Positions 27,402 through 37,332 of a DNA stretch of 64,000 nucleotides are shown here, one piece after another. Under the pieces are notes generated by a model that worked only from the letters and a program-made list of their open reading frames with translations, was not told the DNA's origin and did no database searches. This DNA comes from Chitinophagales bacterium. Lineage in GTDB: Bacteria; Bacteroidota; Bacteroidia; Chitinophagales; UBA10324. A program made the translations under genes and the position numbers. The stretch is from positions 3,094-67,093 of the forward strand of contig JANWWJ010000010.1 of NCBI GenBank assembly GCA_025056305.1, read 5' to 3'. How positions within the stretch are numbered: position 1 is the stretch's first letter; every line of letters starts with the position of its first letter.

Positions 27402-28796
27402 ATGCGGGGCGTGATCGAAAGCCTTGAGGTGACTGCGTTTGCCAACGAAGGGCGATGCATAGGGCACCACGAGGGCAAGGTGGTCTTTGTAGCAGGCACA
27501 ATACCGGGAGAGCGGATACGGGCACGCATCGTGCGCAACCGTAAAGATTATATAGAAGCCGAGTTGGCGCAGATTTTGGAAGCCTCGCCTCATCGTGTAG
27601 AGCCGTTTTGTCAGCATTACGGGCAGTGTGGGGGCTGTCGTTGGCAACACATGCAGTACGAAGCTCAGCTCACCTTCAAGCAGCAAGCTGTGGTGGATAC
27701 CCTGCGGCGCTTGGGCAAGGTAGAGCCGGAACAGATTTTACCTATCATCGGCGCAGACCAAACCAAAGCTTATCGCAACAAGTTAGAATTCACCTTTAGC
27801 CACCGTGAATGGCAGACCACAAACGTCTGGCGTTCCAACACCGAAAAACTCAATAGCCCTGCCTTGGGGTATCATTGGCCCGGTGCTTTCGACCGAGTCT
27901 TTAATGTTTATACCTGCCATCTGCAGCCTTCACTATCAGACGAGATCCGGAATACCGTTCGGGACTATGCGTTGCAACATGGATTATCATTTTTTCATCT
28001 GAAAAAGCAAGTAGGGCTGCTGCGAACTCTGATGATTCGCATGACCACGACCGGTCAGACCATGGTGCTGCTGGTTTTCGGCTCATGGATGCCGCAGCAG
28101 GCTATGCCGCTGTTGCATTTTCTGCACGTTCGGTTCCCACAGATAACTTCCCTGCAATATGCCGTAAATACCAAACGCAACGACAGCATTTTTGACCTGG
28201 ATATTCACACCTACAGTGGTCCTGCCTACATCGAAGAAAGGCTAGCCGGGTTAACCTTTCGCATCAGCGCTAAATCTTTTTTTCAGACCAACACGCTGCA
28301 GGCCGAGAAGCTGGTGAGCTGTGTCAGAGAATTTTGTGCGCTCACTCCCGAAAATCAGGTCTATGACCTGTATTGCGGCACGGGCACCATGGCCTTGGCC
28401 TTGGCACCGTATTGCCGGCAGGTAATCGGTATCGAAGCCGTGCCCCAGGCTGTAGCTGATGCCAATGAAAATGCACGGATTAACCATGTTCATAATGTCA
28501 TTTTTTTGACCGGCACCATCGAACAGATGCTGACCAACGCTTTATTTCAGCAATACGGCCATCCACAGGTGCTGGTAGTTGATCCGCCACGGGCCGGCTT
28601 GCACGCCCTGGTGGTAAAGCAGTTGCTTGAGCTGGCAGTTCCCCGCCTGGTGTACGTCAGTTGCAACGTCGCTACGCAAGCCCGCGACCTGCAAATGCTT
28701 GCATCGCGCTATACCGTGAAGCGCATCAGACCGCTGGATTTATTCCCTCATACACATCACGTGGAAAATGTAGCTGAATTAGTGCTTCGCAGTTAA
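27402..28796 (+). CDS. rlmD: 23S rRNA (uracil-C5)-methyltransferase RlmD/RumA family
   Basis: N-terminal TRAM domain, Fe-S cysteines CQHYGQCGGCRWQH, SAM motif DLYCGTGTMALALA, catalytic VYVSCNVATQARDL. Confidence 0.9.
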   Translation: MRGVIESLEVTAFANEGRCIGHHEGKVVFVAGTIPGERIRARIVRNRKDYIEAELAQILEASPHRVEPFCQHYGQCGGCRWQHMQYEAQLTFKQQAVVDTLRRLGKVEPEQILPIIGADQTKAYRNKLEFTFSHREWQTTNVWRSNTEKLNSPALGYHWPGAFDRVFNVYTCHLQPSLSDEIRNTVRDYALQHGLSFFHLKKQVGLLRTLMIRMTTTGQTMVLLVFGSWMPQQAMPLLHFLHVRFPQITSLQYAVNTKRNDSIFDLDIHTYSGPAYIEERLAGLTFRISAKSFFQTNTLQAEKLVSCVREFCALTPENQVYDLYCGTGTMALALAPYCRQVIGIEAVPQAVADANENARINHVHNVIFLTGTIEQMLTNALFQQYGHPQVLVVDPPRAGLHALVVKQLLELAVPRLVYVSCNVATQARDLQMLASRYTVKRIRPLDLFPHTHHVENVAELVLRS

Positions 28797-28802
28797 AGAT
28801 CA

Positions 28803-30020
28803 TTACTGCAGGTCGGTACTCAACTTAAAGCGACAGATCCGGTTGTTGCCGCGATCGGCTACATAAATCATTTTGTTGTAGTAACATACACCACTGGGTT
28901 GAAGAAACTGATAGGGGCCGCTGCCGCTTCCTCCGAAAGAAGCCAAAATCTGTTTCACCTGCTGACTGTTGGGAGGCGGATTGACACCTTCATATCCTTT
29001 ACGTGTAAACTGATATAGGGAGTCCCGATCGGAATCTACAATAAAGATGTATCCTGTAGCATCGGGGGCAACATAAATGTCGGCTGGCATTGTGAAGCGG
29101 TTAGGCGTGTACAAGAAACGATCTGCTCGGCTGGTGTCGAACTGCAGCAAGGCGTCGTTTTGTTTCCAGACGATGCCCAATTCGGGATCTACGGCTTGAA
29201 CAATCCACAAGGCTTTGTATTGTGCCTGGGGAGCCTGCTGTACCAACAAAAAGTCAGCGGAGGTGCTGATGCCAAAAACCTGTTGCGGAGGCGCTGCAAA
29301 ACCGGCTAGTGCACCCACGTTCAAACAGGATTTTAGACTTGAAACCGTAGGGCTGAGGCCTTGGGTGTAGCCAATGTTGTTGCCTTCTGCATCAAAAATC
29401 AAGATGGTATTGTCGGGCCTTGCGGCCGATGCCAAGTTGTTGACTGGACCGGTGCGGGAAACATAAAGGGTATTATCATGTAAGGTGGCTAACCCGGTAA
29501 ATAACACTGCTTCGTCGTCGGCTCCACGAAAGGCAGTATTGTTGCGCGACACATCGCAGAAGGGATGAACCAGCGTGTCGGCGAAATAGGGGGGGCTGCT
29601 ACCTGAAGCACCAACTATGCGATATACTGCAGCCAGCCGGTATGTCTTGCCGTCGATGGTTTTTTCTACCCTTCCGCACACGTAGGTATGTAAGCGTCGA
29701 TCTTGGACCACATCGGTGGCGTCCGGCACGGGGATGAAACGGTGGAGGGTGCCTTTGAGATCTCGTACTTCTAAACCCTCAGGTCTGACGATATACACCA
29801 TCTGATCGTAGCCTACATAGACATCTATGGGGTCAGGAACACTCCAAAACGGCAAAATGGGCACATAGCCCACCTGATTGGGGATGAGTTCCGGATCAAT
29901 ACTTCCCTGCTCAAAAATTTCTTCGGTGACCGGATCTTGTTTTGAACCTATGAAGAAAGTGCAGGAACCCCCCAGCAGAGCAGCTGCCGCCAACAAAAAG
30001 ATGATATTTATTTTTTTCAT
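28803..30020 (-). CDS. Hypothetical lipoprotein with NHL-like beta-propeller repeat(s)
   Basis: Lipobox LLGGSC. C-terminal MIYVADRGNNRICRF is NHL-repeat-like. Its start overlaps the upstream barrel gene stop by 4 nt (30017-30020). Confidence 0.6.
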   Translation of the reverse strand: MKKINIIFLLAAAALLGGSCTFFIGSKQDPVTEEIFEQGSIDPELIPNQVGYVPILPFWSVPDPIDVYVGYDQMVYIVRPEGLEVRDLKGTLHRFIPVPDATDVVQDRRLHTYVCGRVEKTIDGKTYRLAAVYRIVGASGSSPPYFADTLVHPFCDVSRNNTAFRGADDEAVLFTGLATLHDNTLYVSRTGPVNNLASAARPDNTILIFDAEGNNIGYTQGLSPTVSSLKSCLNVGALAGFAAPPQQVFGISTSADFLLVQQAPQAQYKALWIVQAVDPELGIVWKQNDALLQFDTSRADRFLYTPNRFTMPADIYVAPDATGYIFIVDSDRDSLYQFTRKGYEGVNPPPNSQQVKQILASFGGSGSGPYQFLQPSGVCYYNKMIYVADRGNNRICRFKLSTDLQ

Positions 30021-31009
30021 ATTCTCAAGCTCAAGCTGACTCTGTGTAAGCTGCCGAGGGTACGTCGTTGTTCAAAACCGTAGTCTACCTGTAGAGCATT
30101 GAAGCGCTGAGGCCAACGGAGCCCCATGCCAAAAAGCGGAAGGGATGGCTGATCTAAGCCAAACACATAGCCGGCACGCACAAAAACCACTTTCTGAAAG
30201 ACATATTCGGCACCCAAACAATAGGTTTCGTTGTTGTCAGTAGGGTGGTTAAGCTGAGCACAAAAGGTAAGTCTTTGATCCTCCGTTTTTATGGGGTCCC
30301 AGGCTATGCCGATACGAAAAACGGCGGGCACGACCACACGCTCAAAGTCGGTTAGCGTATCCATTCCTTCCAATGAAATGCGCTCTATCGTTCCTTTAGG
30401 TTCCGTGCTGAATCCGAAGTTGGAAACCGCAACGGCAAAGCGAGTATTGGCTTTTCCTACGTTGTATTGAAATCCAAAATCGGTGACCAAAGTGCCCAGC
30501 CATAGGTCGGCGTATGATTCTCCCACGTACTTCAAACTCACTCCAAAGCGGAAGTTATCGGTAAGGATGCGTGCGAGCGATAGGCCGGCAGCCCAATGAC
30601 TGGCCTTAAAATATTGCCCTGTGCCCATGGGCATGAACTCTGTGGTTACCGGCATATTTCCGGTAGTCAAATACAAGAAAGAAGCGCCTGCAAAGGTTTG
30701 CTTGCTCAGGGCATGGGCACCCGCCGCAGCACTGAGGTGCACGTCGGCAAAATAGAGGGCATGAGATACGTTCAAATCCATTAATGCAGTGTCAATACCG
30801 GCTATACCCGCCGGATTCCAGAACAAAGCACTGGCATTGTCCACATGAGCCATATGGCTACGACCCATGCCGGTGGACCACGCATCCGGCCCAATGTGTA
30901 AAAACTGAAAGCCGGCAGTGGCCGTGCGGCTGTTGCCGAACGAAGGCAGGAGCTGCGCTTCAGCCTGCATGGCCAATAACAGAAGCACTGAGACCCGCCA
31001 TCCAAACAT
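30017..31009 (-). CDS. PorV/PorQ-family outer-membrane beta-barrel protein (T9SS-associated family)
   Basis: Signal peptide, then GFQFLHIGPDAWSTGMGRSHMAHVDNASALFWNPAGIAGI. This fits the F-L-x-I-x-x-x-A-R-x-x-G-M-G ... NPA motif of the PorV/PorQ family. The 330-aa size is closer to PorQ. Terminal aromatic-rich strand. Confidence 0.6.
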   Translation of the reverse strand: MFGWRVSVLLLLAMQAEAQLLPSFGNSRTATAGFQFLHIGPDAWSTGMGRSHMAHVDNASALFWNPAGIAGIDTALMDLNVSHALYFADVHLSAAAGAHALSKQTFAGASFLYLTTGNMPVTTEFMPMGTGQYFKASHWAAGLSLARILTDNFRFGVSLKYVGESYADLWLGTLVTDFGFQYNVGKANTRFAVAVSNFGFSTEPKGTIERISLEGMDTLTDFERVVVPAVFRIGIAWDPIKTEDQRLTFCAQLNHPTDNNETYCLGAEYVFQKVVFVRAGYVFGLDQPSLPLFGMGLRWPQRFNALQVDYGFEQRRTLGSLHRVSLSLRI

Positions 31010-31128
31010 GTCGGGAAAGTTAGCGCAGACTTGTGCTTTGTGTTACCCAGTGGTCAGCTCATCTTAAAATGTTAATACCAGTGCTGTTCAGGTTCTGTGG
31101 CCCGGGCCATGACTTATTTTTTTGCCTT

Positions 31129-31776
31129 GTGCATTTCTTAGACCCGCGATTAGAAAACTTCGTGGAGCAGTACACCTCTGAGCCGGGCATTGTGCTGGAA
31201 CAAATCGACCGTGATACTTATGCGCGGCATTACATGCCGCAAATGCTTTCCGGTAAAGTAGTAGGTCGGTTTCTGAGCCTGATCAGCAAAATCTTGCAAC
31301 CCCGGTGCATCATCGATATAGGTACGTTCACGGGTTATTCCGCCATATGCCTTAGTGAAGGGCTTCACCCCGAAGGTGTGCTGTACACCATCGATATCAA
31401 CGATGAATTGGAAAACACTGTGCGGGCCAACTTGGCATTAGCCGGTGTGGCTCATCGGGTAAAATATCTGATTGGAAATGCCGTTGAATTGCTACCCAAC
31501 ATTCAGGAGATACCGGAGTTGGTCTTCATTGATGCCGATAAGGAAAATTATCCGACCTATTACACGCTGGTGCGGCAACGACTGCGGCCGGGAGGTATCA
31601 TCATTGCCGATAATGTGCTGTGGAGCGGAAAGGTGGTAGAACCCAATCCTGATGCCGACACACGTGGCTTGCTGAAGTTTTGCCAGATGGTAAAGGAAGA
31701 TGCACAAGTGGAACACGTCGTACTCAGTGTTCGGGATGGTTTGATGTTGATCCGTAAAAAAGGCACGCCGCTATGA
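31129..31776 (+). CDS. Class I SAM-dependent O-methyltransferase (caffeoyl-CoA OMT-like)
   Basis: ORF 31033..31776. A GTG 31129 start (VHFLDPRLENFVEQYTS) gives the typical length. Motifs IIDIGTFTGYSAICL, FIDADKENY, GGIIIADNVLWSG. Start uncertain. Confidence 0.8.
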   Translation: MHFLDPRLENFVEQYTSEPGIVLEQIDRDTYARHYMPQMLSGKVVGRFLSLISKILQPRCIIDIGTFTGYSAICLSEGLHPEGVLYTIDINDELENTVRANLALAGVAHRVKYLIGNAVELLPNIQEIPELVFIDADKENYPTYYTLVRQRLRPGGIIIADNVLWSGKVVEPNPDADTRGLLKFCQMVKEDAQVEHVVLSVRDGLMLIRKKGTPL

Positions 31777-32972
31777 AGCTAAAACCAGGTTCTTTTTCGC
31801 TCAATGACTGTTTTAAAGGGGCAGCCTATTTGTTGGCCGTACTACAGCTTTCTGTGGCTCAGGCTCAGGGCTATGATATGGAAGACGTAGAAGCCTACAT
31901 TGACAAGCATAAAGATTTAGCCATTGAAGAAATGGCCCGCAGTGGCATTCCGGCAAGCATCAAGCTGGCGCAGGCCATCATCGAATCGGGAGCAGGAAAA
32001 AGCCCCTTGGCTGTAAAAGCCAACAACCATTTCGGCATCAAATGCCACACGGGCTGGGAGGGTGAGCGTTATTATTACGACGATGATCAGCAAAATGAGT
32101 GTTTTCGCAAGTATGCTTCCGTGCGGGATTCCTATCGCGACCATTCCGAATTTCTGCGCAGCCGCTCTCGTTATGCTGTATTGTTCACTTATGACGTTCG
32201 CGATTATGTGGCTTGGGCTAAAGGATTAAAGGCCTGTGGATATGCCACCAATCCCCGTTACGCTGAAGTGCTGATCAAATGCATCGAAGATTATGACCTG
32301 CATCAATGGGACCTCAGTGAGAAGGAACGCGACCGTTGGTTTGCCCGCATCAACAATACAGAAAGCAAAACTGAACAAGCTGCGTCTTCATCCGAGGGGT
32401 TCAACCTCGCCGAGCGCATCAACACGCACAACGATGTCAAGTACGTGTATCTGCAGCCCGGCGAAAGCCTGCACGAGCTGGCCACCGCTTTACGCATAAG
32501 CGTCAACCGGCTGCTTCGTTACAACGACGTGGCCGACCCGGCGCAGTTACCGCCCGGCAGCAGGGTGTATATTCAACCCAAACGCAACCACGGGCCCATG
32601 CGGGAACATATCGTAAAGCCCGGTGAAACTATGTTCGATATCGCGCAGCAGCACGCCATACAACTGGAAAAGTTGTACGAAAAAAATAAAATGATCCTGG
32701 GCACACAGCCTGCAGTAGGTGAGGTATTGTATCTGCGCGAACATCGCAGCCGGCCCCCCCTCATCCGTGACCCAGCCAGCCTTTCGGTTGGCAATGGGCC
32801 TTTAACCCCGCAGGCCCAGCGAACCTATACCGTGCAGGCAGGGGATACCTTGTACAGCATAGCCCGCAGGCATCAGGTCAGTGTGGCAGACTTGATGCAG
32901 TACAATGGCTTGCAGAGCCCCAACATCAAACCGGGCATGGTATTGCGTTTGCCACCATCGCTTGGCCGCTGA
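31773..32972 (+). CDS. Peptidoglycan hydrolase: N-acetylglucosaminidase (GH73-like) domain plus three LysM domains
   Basis: IPASIKLAQAIIESGAGKSPLAVKANNHFGIKC is a glucosaminidase motif. LysM repeats at YLQPGESLHELA.., HIVKPGETMFDIA.., YTVQAGDTLYSIA... ATGA overlap with the upstream gene. Confidence 0.85.
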   Translation: MKLKPGSFSLNDCFKGAAYLLAVLQLSVAQAQGYDMEDVEAYIDKHKDLAIEEMARSGIPASIKLAQAIIESGAGKSPLAVKANNHFGIKCHTGWEGERYYYDDDQQNECFRKYASVRDSYRDHSEFLRSRSRYAVLFTYDVRDYVAWAKGLKACGYATNPRYAEVLIKCIEDYDLHQWDLSEKERDRWFARINNTESKTEQAASSSEGFNLAERINTHNDVKYVYLQPGESLHELATALRISVNRLLRYNDVADPAQLPPGSRVYIQPKRNHGPMREHIVKPGETMFDIAQQHAIQLEKLYEKNKMILGTQPAVGEVLYLREHRSRPPLIRDPASLSVGNGPLTPQAQRTYTVQAGDTLYSIARRHQVSVADLMQYNGLQSPNIKPGMVLRLPPSLGR

Positions 32973-33013
32973 AACCGGACAGCCGGAATTCCTTAGCCTT
33001 GAGGCAAAAAGGT

Positions 33014-33021
33014 TATTTTTG
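33014..33021 (+). promoter_or_regulatory. Candidate -7 promoter element TATTTTTG for the chaperone/moxR operon
   Basis: Exact TAnnTTTG match 29 nt upstream of ATG 33051. Confidence 0.35.
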
Positions 33022-33050
33022 GCCCTCACTTTTAAAACCGTTCTCTACTT

Positions 33051-35030
33051 ATGCGTTTGTTGTTGTTTGTGGGCCTGTCTTTGGGTTGCATGCCGTTGTT
33101 TGCACAAACTCCGAATTACAATCCTCAGAGCATCCTGTTTACGATTGGAGATGAGCCGGTAACGGCCGGCGAGTTTGTTAAAGTTTATCAGAAAACCAAC
33201 ATCAGCGGGGAGGCTGACTTTTCTGAAGCATCGCTGCGCGAATACCTGGAGCTTTACATCAACTTTCGGCTCAAGGTAAAAGAGGCCCGAGAGCTGGGTT
33301 TGGATACTACGGCTGCCGTGCTCAATGAATTTCGCACATACCGCAGTAAGCTCACCCCTTCGTATATGTTTGACACATCGCTGCTGCGCGAAGCCTATCA
33401 GCGTATGCAAAAAGAGCTGCGCGTAGAACACCTCCTCATCAAATTGGACCCCTCGGCTTCGCCGGCCGACACCCTTGCAGCCTATCGCCGCGCCCTGCAA
33501 TGGCGTAAGCTGCTGACGACCGGCAAGATGAGCTTTCAGACCTTGGCCGCCGATTCCTCCCAAGACCCTTCAGCAAAAGAAAATTTAGGTGATCTGGGCT
33601 GGATTACACCCATGCAGCTTATCTACCCGTTTGAACGCGCCGCGTATAGCCTCAAGCCCGGTGTCATCAGTCCGCCGGTACGTACTCCTTTTGGTTATCA
33701 CCTCATTCGGGTCACGGACACACGACCTTCTCAAGGGCAGGTGACCGTGGCGCACATCTTTATCAAGTTGCCGCAAAAAGCCACAGAAGAAGATGCCCAG
33801 CGTGCGCGCCAAAAGATTGATTCTATTTATGAAGCCCTAAAGGCCGGAGCCAGTTGGGATGAAATGGTAAAAAAATATTCACAAGATCGGACCACCATTG
33901 CCAATGCAGGCCAACTTAAGCCTTTTGGCACCGGGCAAATGGTGGTGGAGTTTGAACAGGCGGCTTTTGCCCTGAAAAACCCCGGTGATATCTCAGAACC
34001 GGTACGTACCAAATTTGGTTATCACATCATCAAGCTGATCTCCAAAAAGCCTCTGAGCGATTTTAACTCGGTCAAAGATGACATCCGAAAACGCATAGAA
34101 AACGGTCCATGGAAAGACTATGCCAAGGAGCGGTTCATCACCCGATTAAAAGAACAATACCCCGTACGCGAATTTCCGGCTAACCGACAGGCCCTGCTCG
34201 CACGCATGGACTCCACCTTGCTCAAAGGGTTGTGGAGTGACACCGTCGCCGCCGGCATGACGGCACCTGTGCTCACCGTCACCGACACGCGCTGGATTCC
34301 AGAAACCAAAACTTATACCCAAGCCGACCTCGCCGACTTCATCGAAAAAAATCAGCGCAAATTCATGAACAAAGGCAGCATACCTGCCATGTTTGAGACA
34401 TTATACGAGCAATTTGTCAACAACTGCCTCACGCTGTTTGAGGACGCCCGTCTGGAAGCAAAGCATGCACCCTTCCGTGATTTAATGGAAGAATACATGA
34501 ATGGAATTTTGTTGTTTGACTTGGCCAGTGATAAAGTCTGGACACGTGCCGTGGAAGATACAAGCGGCCTGCGTCAATTCTATGAGCAAAACAAAATGAA
34601 CTACATGGGTCAGGAAAAGGCGCAGGTCACCATTTTCAAAGCTCGTAATGCGGCTGTGGCCGACCAATTCAAGGCGCTTCAGGCTAAAGGACTCAGCGAT
34701 GAAAAAATTTTAGCCCGACTCAACAAAAAAGACAAGAACGCCCTTACCCTGACGCAAGAAACTTTTGAAAAAGGTAAAAACAGTGAGCTGGAAAAGCTGG
34801 GTTGGGGCTCACCGGGTCAAACGTATACCGTAGCTACAGATTCAGTGGTGCGCATTCTTCGCATAGATAAAATCTTGCCGCCTGCACCAAGGCCGCTCAA
34901 TGAAATTAAAGGCTATGTCGTTGCGGATTATCAGGAAAAGCTGGAAAAGGAATGGGTGGCCGAACTGCGCCAGAAATACCCGGTTGCTGTTAACGAACAA
35001 GTATTTCGTACTCTGATCGTGAATCAGTGA
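33051..35030 (+). CDS. Periplasmic peptidyl-prolyl isomerase with two parvulin domains (PpiD/SurA-like)
   Basis: Signal peptide MRLLLFVGLSLGCMPLFAQ. Parvulin motifs GDLGWIT..FGYHLIRV and GQLKPFG..FGYHIIKL. Confidence 0.85.
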   Translation: MRLLLFVGLSLGCMPLFAQTPNYNPQSILFTIGDEPVTAGEFVKVYQKTNISGEADFSEASLREYLELYINFRLKVKEARELGLDTTAAVLNEFRTYRSKLTPSYMFDTSLLREAYQRMQKELRVEHLLIKLDPSASPADTLAAYRRALQWRKLLTTGKMSFQTLAADSSQDPSAKENLGDLGWITPMQLIYPFERAAYSLKPGVISPPVRTPFGYHLIRVTDTRPSQGQVTVAHIFIKLPQKATEEDAQRARQKIDSIYEALKAGASWDEMVKKYSQDRTTIANAGQLKPFGTGQMVVEFEQAAFALKNPGDISEPVRTKFGYHIIKLISKKPLSDFNSVKDDIRKRIENGPWKDYAKERFITRLKEQYPVREFPANRQALLARMDSTLLKGLWSDTVAAGMTAPVLTVTDTRWIPETKTYTQADLADFIEKNQRKFMNKGSIPAMFETLYEQFVNNCLTLFEDARLEAKHAPFRDLMEEYMNGILLFDLASDKVWTRAVEDTSGLRQFYEQNKMNYMGQEKAQVTIFKARNAAVADQFKALQAKGLSDEKILARLNKKDKNALTLTQETFEKGKNSELEKLGWGSPGQTYTVATDSVVRILRIDKILPPAPRPLNEIKGYVVADYQEKLEKEWVAELRQKYPVAVNEQVFRTLIVNQ

Positions 35031-35935
35031 ACGTGCGGCAAATATGGACCAGTCGTCTGCTGCCGGCAGGTTTTCTTTTGTTTTTGCTTTTGCTGGAGGC
35101 ATGCCATTGGTTTAAGGGCAAGCCGGACGGTAAGGAAATGCCGCTGGCCCGCGTTTATGATGAATACCTCTATCCCTCTGACCTGGCCGGCGTCGGTGCG
35201 GGGGCCTTGCGCCCGGAAGATAGCTTGCAAGCTGTACGCAGTTACATCGATAGCTGGATCAGACATAAGCTCTTGCTGCATTACGCTCGCCAGAACTTAC
35301 CGGAAGCAGAAAAGCAACTCCAACAGCGGCTTCGCGACTACTTCGAATCGTTGCTCATCTACCAATATGAACACCAGCTGCTGCAGCAAAAACTCGATAC
35401 CAATATCAGTGAGCAGGAGTTGCGGGCCTACTACGAGGAGCACAAGCTTTCTTTTCAGCTCAAGAACCCGATTGCCCAACTGAAATATCTCATCTTAGAC
35501 ATTCGACAAACCGAAGACTTGGATAGTGTGCGCTACTGGCTGCGTCATCCCAGCGAATACCATCAGCCCAAACTTGAAGGTTTCGCCGAAGACTTTGCCC
35601 TTCGCCATGAGGTAAGAGAGGATCAATGGTACACCTTAGACGAGCTACCTTCCATATTACCCACAACTTTGTTCAACGCGGAGCAGGCTGCGCAACACCG
35701 AAGCCTGGTGGAAGTAACCGACTCCTCGTTTCGTTACCTCATCCGTTTTTTTGATTTTCGCAATAAGGGCATGACACCGCCGTTTGCTTTTGTGCGCGAT
35801 GAAATCTCTTTGATCCTGGTCAATAAGCGAAAAACGGAATTCTTGCAGCAGTTGCATCGTGATATCATCCGCGAAGCTGCCCTTCGCAATGATTTTCAAG
35901 TATACATTTCAGATTCTTTAGCTGGAGGGCCATGA
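35027..35935 (+). CDS. SurA-N-like periplasmic chaperone lipoprotein without a recognisable parvulin catalytic motif
   Basis: GTG start overlapping the upstream stop (GTGA). Lipobox-like LLLLLEAC. Helical region similar in style to the SurA/PpiD chaperone modules of its neighbours. Confidence 0.5.
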   Translation: MNVRQIWTSRLLPAGFLLFLLLLEACHWFKGKPDGKEMPLARVYDEYLYPSDLAGVGAGALRPEDSLQAVRSYIDSWIRHKLLLHYARQNLPEAEKQLQQRLRDYFESLLIYQYEHQLLQQKLDTNISEQELRAYYEEHKLSFQLKNPIAQLKYLILDIRQTEDLDSVRYWLRHPSEYHQPKLEGFAEDFALRHEVREDQWYTLDELPSILPTTLFNAEQAAQHRSLVEVTDSSFRYLIRFFDFRNKGMTPPFAFVRDEISLILVNKRKTEFLQQLHRDIIREAALRNDFQVYISDSLAGGP

Positions 35936-37332
35936 CCCTGCTATCTTCTTTAAAACGAGACTGCCTCCTACTTGGCGTTATGGCGGCCTGGCTGGCCCAT
36001 GACTGTTTCCTGGAGCAGCTTTCGGCACAGCCTGTTTTGGTAGACAAGGTTGTGGCTATTGTTAACGACCGCATCATCCTTTGGTCTGACGTGGAACAGG
36101 CTTATCTCCAACTGGCAGAACATCCCGCCGGTTCAGATATTGATGAGTTACGATGCCGCTTGCTTGACCAGATGATGATCGAGAAGCTTTTGGTGCGTCA
36201 AGCCGAGATAGACAGCATCATCATTTCTGATGATCAGGTCGAGCAGGAGTTAGACCAACGCATCCGCTATTTCAGCGCTATGGTAGGCTCTCAAGAAAAA
36301 TTGGAAGCGTATTACGGCAAAAGCATTCTGGAATTAAAGGAGGAATTCCGCGATCAGATTCGCGAACGCCAAATGGCCGATCGAATGCGCAGCACCATCG
36401 TCGAAGGAATTAAAGTTACGCCTTCTGAGGTAGCAGCTTATTTCTATGGATTACCTGCCGATAGCTTGCCGTATTTCAACACGGAAGTCGAAGTCATGCA
36501 GCTGGTTATCTATCCGAAAGTCAATGATTTAGTCAAAAGTTATGCGCGTAGTCGGGCTGAAGAGCTCCTGGCACGCGTTAAAAAAGGAGAAGACTTTGCG
36601 GCTTTGGCGCGCACTTATTCGAAAGACCCCGCTTCTGCTGAACAGGGAGGTGACCTGGGCTTTGTGAGCCGTGGCGAATTAGACCCATCTGTTGAAGCAG
36701 CAGCTTTTGCCTTGAAAAATCCTTTTGAGGTTTCGAATGTGGTTGAATCGCGTTACGGCTTTCACATCATCCAGCTTTTGGAAAGGCGCGGAGGGCGCAT
36801 TCGTATCCGGCACATCCTCATCAAGCCAGAAATCACTACCTACGATATTGCACGTGCCAGCCGCTTGGTGGACAGCATTTACGGATTGCTGCGTCATGGA
36901 GTTTATTCCTTTGAGCGGGCTGTGGGGCTTTTCAGCGAAGATGAACAGAGCCGCTCCAATGGAGGTTTGCTCATCAATCCCACGACCCAATCTTCCTGGT
37001 TCGAGCTCACAGATCTGGCCGCCATGGATCCTGCTTTGGTGCCTGCCTTAGATACCTTGCAGCAGGGGCAATTCACCACACCTATGTTATTCCGAAACCG
37101 CCAGGGAGAGAGTGGCTTTCGCATTCTTTACCTTAAATCTCGCAAGCCGCCGCATCAGGCTAACCTGCGCGACGACTTTGAACGCATTCAGCACATGGCC
37201 TTGGCCCATAAGCAAATGCAGGTGGTAGAACTATGGCTGGCTGAACGCATTGCCGAAACTTACATTTACCTCAGTCCGGAATACAAAACCTGTTCAGTCT
37301 TACAAAAATGGAACCGACGCACGCAACAATAA
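35932..37332 (+). CDS. surA: Chaperone SurA-like peptidyl-prolyl isomerase (two parvulin domains)
   Basis: ATGA overlap with the upstream gene. N-terminus VDKVVAIVNDRIILWSDVEQ parallels the E. coli SurA N-domain. Parvulin motifs GDLGFVSRGEL..YGFHIIQL, plus a second degenerate parvulin domain. Confidence 0.75.
   Translation: MTLLSSLKRDCLLLGVMAAWLAHDCFLEQLSAQPVLVDKVVAIVNDRIILWSDVEQAYLQLAEHPAGSDIDELRCRLLDQMMIEKLLVRQAEIDSIIISDDQVEQELDQRIRYFSAMVGSQEKLEAYYGKSILELKEEFRDQIRERQMADRMRSTIVEGIKVTPSEVAAYFYGLPADSLPYFNTEVEVMQLVIYPKVNDLVKSYARSRAEELLARVKKGEDFAALARTYSKDPASAEQGGDLGFVSRGELDPSVEAAAFALKNPFEVSNVVESRYGFHIIQLLERRGGRIRIRHILIKPEITTYDIARASRLVDSIYGLLRHGVYSFERAVGLFSEDEQSRSNGGLLINPTTQSSWFELTDLAAMDPALVPALDTLQQGQFTTPMLFRNRQGESGFRILYLKSRKPPHQANLRDDFERIQHMALAHKQMQVVELWLAERIAETYIYLSPEYKTCSVLQKWNRRTQQ

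Noticed and set aside
33045-33563. 172-aa minus-strand ORF, and similar antisense ORFs at 44154-44678, 41967-42473, 48201-48692 and 12212-12724
   Set aside because: Each lies wholly within, and opposite or out of frame to, a gene with strong motif support (PPIase, glgE, TPR protein, gdhA, chrA). None has recognisable domains.
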